Part shown: piece by piece, positions 28,101 to 34,100 of the stretch
Position numbering within the stretch: position 1 is the stretch's first letter
How the letters are laid out: every line of letters begins with the position of its first letter
Assembly (NCBI GenBank): GCA_021443545.1
Contig: JABUTU010000005.1
Span: 51,205 to 115,204 of the forward strand
Direction: 5' to 3'
Length of the DNA stretch: 64,000 nucleotides
From: Marinilabiliaceae bacterium
Lineage (GTDB): Bacteria; Bacteroidota; Bacteroidia; Bacteroidales; Marinilabiliaceae
Translations under genes and position numbers: made by a program
The notes under the pieces: generated by a model
Told to the model about the DNA's origin: nothing
Seen by the model: the letters and a program-made list of their open reading frames with translations, nothing else
Databases searched by the model: none

Positions 28101-31100
28101 CGTTGTCTGCGCTCCCGTAGCATCAACTGCATACACTCCAACACCCGTAAATTTATAATAATAATCATTTACATTCGGCTTTGTATATGTAGTAAGCTGG
28201 AATGGTGTTTTATATGAGAATGCATTGTGATTATTGAGATCTGTCTGTGTCAACTTCGATGCTGCTACGATATCTCCATTAGTGAATGTGTAGTACGAAG
28301 ACTCAGTGATAGCGAACTCCTCAGATGAACCAGCAACATTATCATACGCATACTGTGCGATGACTGTAACAGGCATACCATCTGGACAGGTTACAGAGAA
28401 GTCGTGCGTTGTTCCCCAGTCAGTTGTCACTGTTACCTTATTTGCAGCAGAGGTTACAAAGAAACTCTGTTTGCGTGCGATAACTCCCGCAAAGCCGGTT
28501 GGCACTGATACTATATTGAAGTTCCTCTTTACTACATTTGGCTTAACATAATCAACCAAATTACCTGAAGTTGGAGAATTATACGTGAGCTTAGGATCAC
28601 CATTGTCGTAGTACTGATATCTGTATACATATGGTATCAATTCATACTCTTTAGTGTCTGTCGGGCATAGGAAGTCCTCAGAGAATCCTCCTTGGAATCC
28701 TGATGTAAGACCCTTGAACTCAAAGAATATCTCATCAGCTACCGGCTGGAAGAGTTTCGACTCTTTCTTTACCTCATATACGCATCCCGTCAATCCATCC
28801 TTATACTCATAGGTCCATTCAACCGTCTTTCCATTTGCATTCCAACGATGATGGAGGAGTGGACTAAATGTATATACTGATGTTCTACCATCATCAACAG
28901 GGTCATCTTCATACATAACTCCCTCTACCAAAAGCTTACCATAACCGCCCTCCGTCCAGTTATCAGGCACACCTCGTATGGTAATCAAATCATTTGTACA
29001 ATAGCAATCATCTGCCTCGATACTGTACTCAGAAATATTTCTCTTCTTATTGACAGTGAAATAACCATCAACCCAGAATACTTCCGGACACATAACCGAC
29101 TTAAACCTAACCTGATAGGTCGTACTGTTTGCATTAGCATGGGTAAGTGCAGGAACAAATCCCGGACAATTTGCATCTATATATGCTTGTGTTATTCCAG
29201 TAGCTGTAAAATCACGAGGATCAAATATCGTAGAACCATTCTGCATTGTCGTTATCTCGCACAAGTCATTCTGGTTTGCTCCTACTATATAATACTTACC
29301 ATCGCCCGGACTGAAAAACTCGCGAAGCAGGACTGGATCACTATCTTCACATATTGACCATGCTGGATCGTCCTGATCTATCTTAAGTTCAGTTGAATTC
29401 GGTCGTATGTTCAACGTGTACTCTGTTACAGTTGAAGAACATGACTCCGCACTCTGCGAGTCCTTCGCAACAACATAATAATTATATTGATAATTACCAT
29501 TCGCATCATAAAACAATGGATTTCTCCTATTCTCGGGAATACGTGCAGAGAATGTGTAATTAGGTCCCTTAGCAAGAAGGTCCGCCTGAAGTAGATTGTC
29601 AGATGAATACCAGTAATACTCAAGGTTTGTCGTAGCTCCCGCAGATGATGCCGTCAGTGTAATCTCCTCACCCTCACATACTATAGATGAGAGTCCCTCG
29701 CTCGACTGAGTGATTGTTACTGTCGGAGCTGTCGGAGAGGACTCAATGCTGAACACCAACTCATCCGAAGAACAATCTGGAACTGCTGGTGCATCCGTAA
29801 TAACCGAAATAGTTACATCACCTGTTGTCAGATTAAAATCATTTGCAACAAAATCAAATGTAAATGTGTAATTATTTGAATGTGTAATACGAGGATCAGT
29901 ACTATCAACGTATGTCGCTACACCATTGGATACAATCTGCAGACGGAATGAATAGAGCGCATGCTTGTCTACCTGATATCGTATTGTTACAGGGTAATGC
30001 TGATTACCTTTATCTGTAACACAGAAATGTCCCGGTATGCTCGAACTCAACTCTGGTTCCTTAACCAACTTTATCACCTTTATATCGTTGGACTCATTTG
30101 ACTGACATCCTTGCGTGTTCTGTCCTATTACCTTATATGTCCCTGCTGGAATTCCAGCTCCATCATCCTGCGTAAATGTAACTATACTTCCATTACCACT
30201 CTTAATAGACCTTGTGTACTTAACAGTATTATCAGCAGTATTCTGGAGTATATATGTAGTATTCGGATCACAGCCAGTCACAGTAACCTCTGCTCCCTCC
30301 TTACTTCCATTGGCACAATAATAGAATGGCACCGACTGAACAACTGGCGTCGAAGGTTTTGCCTCTACCAAAATATTACCAGCAATATCCGAAGAACATA
30401 CATTATTCTGTGATGGATATGCCATTGCATAGTAGGTGACATCCTCCTTCTCTGAGGAAACAATACCGAATGACAAAGTGCCTGTTCCATTTCCCTTCAA
30501 GATTCCAAGGGTATTAATCACCTCTGTTCCTGTCAGCGGATCATTTGTCTTTTTGTATACGACATAGTTGACATCCGGATCAGTTACCGCAGTACCACCC
30601 GCTGTTTGTTCAATAGAGATGGTTGTTGTACACTCATTGATATCACCTACGAGTTCCAACCCTTGAGTGTCAGGCTGCTTGACTATCTCTATATTGTTTC
30701 CACTCTGAACTGGTGTTTCACAACCATCTACACTGACTGCTGAGATCGTATAAGTACCAGTCTCTGACACAAGGAATGGATAAGTTATTCCGGTCTGCTT
30801 AACGCCATCTTTCCACAAGGTATATGTAGCGTTAGGATCATAATTCTTAACGCTCAAGGTATAACCCGAACCACTGGCGCACTGCGTTCCAGTCTGAGAG
30901 AGCGTTACATCGGGCGCAACAGCGTCTCCAATAGTAAAATTACCAGTAACAGTCTCACATGAAACACTTGATGTTATGGTATATGTTCCTGGGTCACTAA
31001 CTCCATCAAAGTAATAAGGCACTGAAGAACCCAACAACAAGGATATCGTTTGCAATGGCGTAGTAACACCATTATAGGTTCGATACAATGTATAATTAAC

Positions 31101-34100
31101 TCCAGCTGTAAGTCCATCAAGTCCGAATGTATAGTCAACTCCAGCACAATAATTTGTAACAACTGCTCCCTCAACTATTCTCTTGTCCACCATGTTGTAA
31201 GAACCACCTGCTGTGATGGTCAACGTTCCGCTTATCTTTTTATCACCTCCACAACCCTCTCGCTGTGCCTTAACATAGTAGACTCCCGCTGGTAAACCTG
31301 CAATGCTTATCTCACATGGCCCATTATCTGACAAAGCCTTTGCAAACAGGCCTGTTGATGTGTCGTCAGAATTCTTATATATTGTATAGGTCACATTCTT
31401 CTCAGCGTTAGCCACATGCAGACTCTTACCTGCCAATTCACTTGTACAGTAGCTCAAGGAGCCGATTGTAGTAAAGTCGCTATAACCAACAACTCTAAAA
31501 GTGCCACTTAATGGGGTTGAAGAACCAGCACCACACTGTGAGAGATATGCCGTTACCCTATATAATCCAGGCTCTGACACATAGAATCGCATGGTTGCAC
31601 CCTCCGTTGTTCCCAAAACAGAGCTCATTGTAGAGCCTCCAGAAACCGTCGCAAATGGATATGTTGCCCATGTTGTTCCATTATCTGTCGACCGCTCAAC
31701 CTGATATACTGCTCCTACTTGAGAACCTGACAATTCCATATATGTAGTAGGGTCGTTAGCACAACCTACATTATTATCTGTAACTCTGTATGTTGTGTTC
31801 AATGTAGAATTCACGACAGTAAAAGTCTTATCACCAACCTCAGACGGTGTGCCTCCACAAGCAGCCCATACCGAGTAAACACCTGCTGCTGAGTACGTTT
31901 TATTAAACGAATTACCTGTCGGAATCTTCTCAAGCATCACTCCATCTTTATATATGAAGTAATCAATAGATGTACTCAGACCACTTAACGATATCGTCTG
32001 CGCTGCACACGTTCCACCAATCACATTGACAGCAACAGTCGAAACCGAAGAACTTACGGTATAATTCAATCCCAAATCAAACGGAGTACATGTTCCAGTA
32101 TAACCACTTGGAACTGCGACTACACTATAGTTTCCAGCAACAGCGCTGGCAATATTAAACACCAACGCTCCCCCTGTTCCTGCAACGGGTCCATCGACTT
32201 TGACTCCCGAACGATAGACATAATAGTCTACTCCCGTCTCCGAACCATTCAATGTGAATGATATAGGATTTCCTGCACAACCGCCAGAAGTCGCACTCAA
32301 CGAAAATCCAGTAGTACGCGGTATAACAACTTCGTTACTCTGTGCTACAATAGTTCCTCCACACTTGGCAACTACATCATATGTACCCGCTGTCGTCGCT
32401 GTCGCAAAGGTATATGTCGTTGCCAAAGCTGTGCCATTTGCCACCTCGGCACCATTCTTGCGCAGGTAATAGATAACTCCACTCTCGGCATTAGCAACTT
32501 TGATATTGTATGCACTTCCTGTTGTACATGATGCTTCTATAATTATTCCTGCCGAAGGAGTCGGAGTCACTGTAAATACGCCCGACTCTGCCGTACAAGC
32601 CCCTGCTGATGCAACAATCTTATATTTGCCCGCACTATTAATCACAAATGAGAATGTCTGCGAAGCATCCGTCACAACACCTGTCGATTGTATGCTGACT
32701 CCATCCTTATACAAATCGTACTTTGCTCCAGGCTGCAATGTATTCGTCATTGTGATACTCTGTCCCTTAAACTCGCTCAAGCACTTTGTAGTGCCCGCTT
32801 GAGCAAATGTCGGTGCTGAGACCTGGACCACAGTAACCTGACCGAGTGTCGTCTTACATGTTGCTCCAGCTAAAGCTCCTGATACAGTAAAAGTACCTGA
32901 TGCATTTACATGAATTGTCACGTCTGCGCCTGTACCCGCAACACTCTGACCATTATCAAGCGAATATGTCACTCCCGCCTGAGACGACGGTATTATGACA
33001 TCACCACATGTTGTAGCACTGACAAATGGCGTAACAGGCGTGGGACCAACCTCAAATGTTCCTATGTCACATGACGTTGCTGTTCCATTGTAATTCAGTC
33101 TGACTGAGTATGTTCCTGCCTTCGACATAGCAGCAGGCAACGTTCCAAGCGTCGATCCAGATGCCGTTCCAAGATTTGCATACAAAGCACCATTCTGATA
33201 GAGACTAAAGGTCACTCCATTAGCCACATTTGCATTCGAAGCAAGCTTTATCTCATTATCTATATTAGCACATCCTACCGTCGTCGACAAGGTATTAGTC
33301 TTCATATAAAGTGCCGAAGACTGTTGCCCTGCCACGCCCATCTGTATGGTATAACCAGCAGCTGTGCCATATATGGTATATATTCCAGGATCCGTAAATG
33401 TCCACGCAAGAGCCGAGCCATTACCCACCTTCGACTGTCCTGCGCCCATCGAAACTCCATTCTTATAGAGCTCATACACAACACCCGTCTCACTCGTGTT
33501 AAGAGATATGGTTCCGCTCGCGCCCATACACACATAGCTACCAACCACATTCAGGACTGACGGAACAGGTGGCAACTGAGCCGAAGGATTAAGAGCAACT
33601 GTTGTTATTGTAGATGCCTGTGGAACCTGAAAATTACCACCACTTAAAACCTGTGATTTATATGGCGTTTGGGAATAGCTATCGGTTGCATCTGCCAAAC
33701 CTTTCAGATAAGCAAAGCCTAAATTTCCACTAAATTTGTTTTTAAATGAAGTTACAAAAGCATCATAGTCGGTAGCATTATCGGCAATCTGTATCTGGAA
33801 ATAGTCAGTATAAGCCCCTGTCGTTGAAAGTTTTATATCATACGTACCAGGCATATACTGAGTACTCGTATTATTGCCGTTATTCATATTCATAGGAAGT
33901 CCCGAATATGCTCCTATCTCGGTCGTTGTAGATCCTGTAGGAGGGTATGTCACAGCTGCTCCTGATGTCTTATCCTCCAACTTGACCATTAGATAGAAAT
34001 TACCATCAGTGCCTTTAAGCCACTGCATGTCCTTTATGACTGTCTCTGTCGATGCCTGTCCAAAGAGTACAAACGAGTTAACAAAAACAGCAATAGCAAG

